DNA of 64,000 nucleotides from positions 1,536,001 to 1,600,000 of the forward strand of contig OZ253580.1 in the NCBI GenBank assembly GCA_965263035.1, given 5' to 3'. Shown here piece by piece: positions 63,122 through 64,000 of the stretch. The translations under genes were made by a program, and so were the position numbers. Within the stretch, counting starts at the first letter, position 1, and each line of letters starts with the position of its first letter. This DNA comes from Acidobacteriota bacterium (lineage in GTDB: Bacteria; Acidobacteriota; UBA6911; RPQK01; JAJDTT01). Below the pieces are notes generated by a model that did no database searches, was not told where the DNA came from, and worked only from the letters and a program-made list of their open reading frames with translations.

Positions 63122-64000
63122 CTATTGAAGCGTTATCGAGAGCTTCGAAATCCTCCAACTGGAACTGTCCTCAATCTTGTTCGCCGCAAAACCAAACGTA
63201 TATTTGTTGCCCGACGGTGCGGGTAATGTAGCGTCAGCAGGCAAGCTAACATTGCTAGAAGAACAACTTTGGAAACCACTACCGATAAATAGGCAGCCTT
63301 TCTCCGAACCGAAGAATTCGCCAACGGCGAATCGGCCAAATTTCATGCCTGCATCGGGAGTTCCTTGGGGAAACTCCAGTGCACATTCGCCTCCGGATTG
63401 GATCGTGCTTCCGGTAGCGCATCCCTGGGCCGTATCCTCGCCGCCATCATCAGCCGGAATATCCACCAACCGCCAACTGGAACTTCCGCTCGTTCCGTCG
63501 TTGCAACTGAAGGTTGCCCTGCCCGAGGTTGGTGCGCTGAACGTCAATCGGGCCGTACAGCGATCGCCGTCGTCGTAGTTGAACGTGACCGTGCCGGTAT
63601 TCGAACCGGTGTTCCGGTAGGTATAGCTTCCAGTGTATTCGTCCGACCCCTCGGTTTCCTTGAAACGGCCGGGACTGATGAAGTCGGTGTAGCTGTTTGG
63701 ATCGTCCGTCAGTATGCGCTTGCCGACGACGACTTCGTTGAAAGCATCCTGATCGGCTGGAGCCAGCGATGCTGGCGGCTCGGTGACGGTAACAGTGGTT
63801 GAGGCCGAGGCCGTCTGTCCGCCGGCTCCCCAGACCGTGATGCGGTAGGTCGTCGTTCTGGTGGGGGAGATCCGCCGCGACCCCGATGTCGGAACCGTGC
63901 CGATTCCCGGCGTGATGGACGCGCTGGTCGCGTTGGTGGACGACCACCTCAAGGTCGCGCTCTGGCCCCGCTCAACGGACGTCGGCGATGCCGACAGACT
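63122..64000 (-). CDS. Ig/PKD-like repeat surface protein, 5'-partial
   Basis: ATLRWSSTNATSASI...SPTRTTTY module; frame appears to continue to the window edge. Confidence 0.7.
   Translation of the reverse strand, partial: SLSASPTSVERGQSATLRWSSTNATSASITPGIGTVPTSGSRRISPTRTTTYRITVWGAGGQTASASTTVTVTEPPASLAPADQDAFNEVVVGKRILTDDPNSYTDFISPGRFKETEGSDEYTGSYTYRNTGSNTGTVTFNYDDGDRCTARLTFSAPTSGRATFSCNDGTSGSSSWRLVDIPADDGGEDTAQGCATGSTIQSGGECALEFPQGTPDAGMKFGRFAVGEFFGSEKGCLFIGSGFQSCSSSNVSLPADATLPAPSGNKYTFGFAANKIEDSSSWRISKLSITLQ

Overview
GC-rich bacterial chromosome segment. Gene content (Oar-type TonB barrel, large cadherin/FN3/subtilase proteins, TMTC-like protein) suggests Acidobacteriota, possibly host- or sponge-associated; this is inference only. 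In order: a xanthine-dehydrogenase-family molybdoenzyme operon with MoaD; TlpA, APC permease and pcm; an apparently plug-less TonB receptor; a sugar-salvage locus (MFS, nucleotidyltransferase-GHMP kinase fusion, NagA); recQ, a TIM-barrel isomerase, asd and a cyclophilin; two convergent paralogous glycosidase-like beta-propeller genes split by a RAYT transposase; a tightly coupled uncharacterised 7-gene operon (GlmL/MutL-type ASKHA ATPase without glutamate mutase, a sandwich-hybrid/KOW protein, FN3-DUF6754 and three membrane proteins), which is the best candidate for an undescribed system; FAH and DUF3830; a ComF-formiminotransferase read-through ORF; the housekeeping block dksA-like/rsfS/nadD/obgE/rpmA/rplU; a decayed trkA-trkH; gltA, nadA and amino-acid catabolic genes; and a terminal block of large secreted proteins. 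Non-coding features include a ~160-bp MITE family (3 copies plus a collapsed one), REP-like hairpin repeats and two candidate structured leaders. No rRNA, tRNA or CRISPR array was recognised. All family calls come from motif recognition by eye, not database searches.
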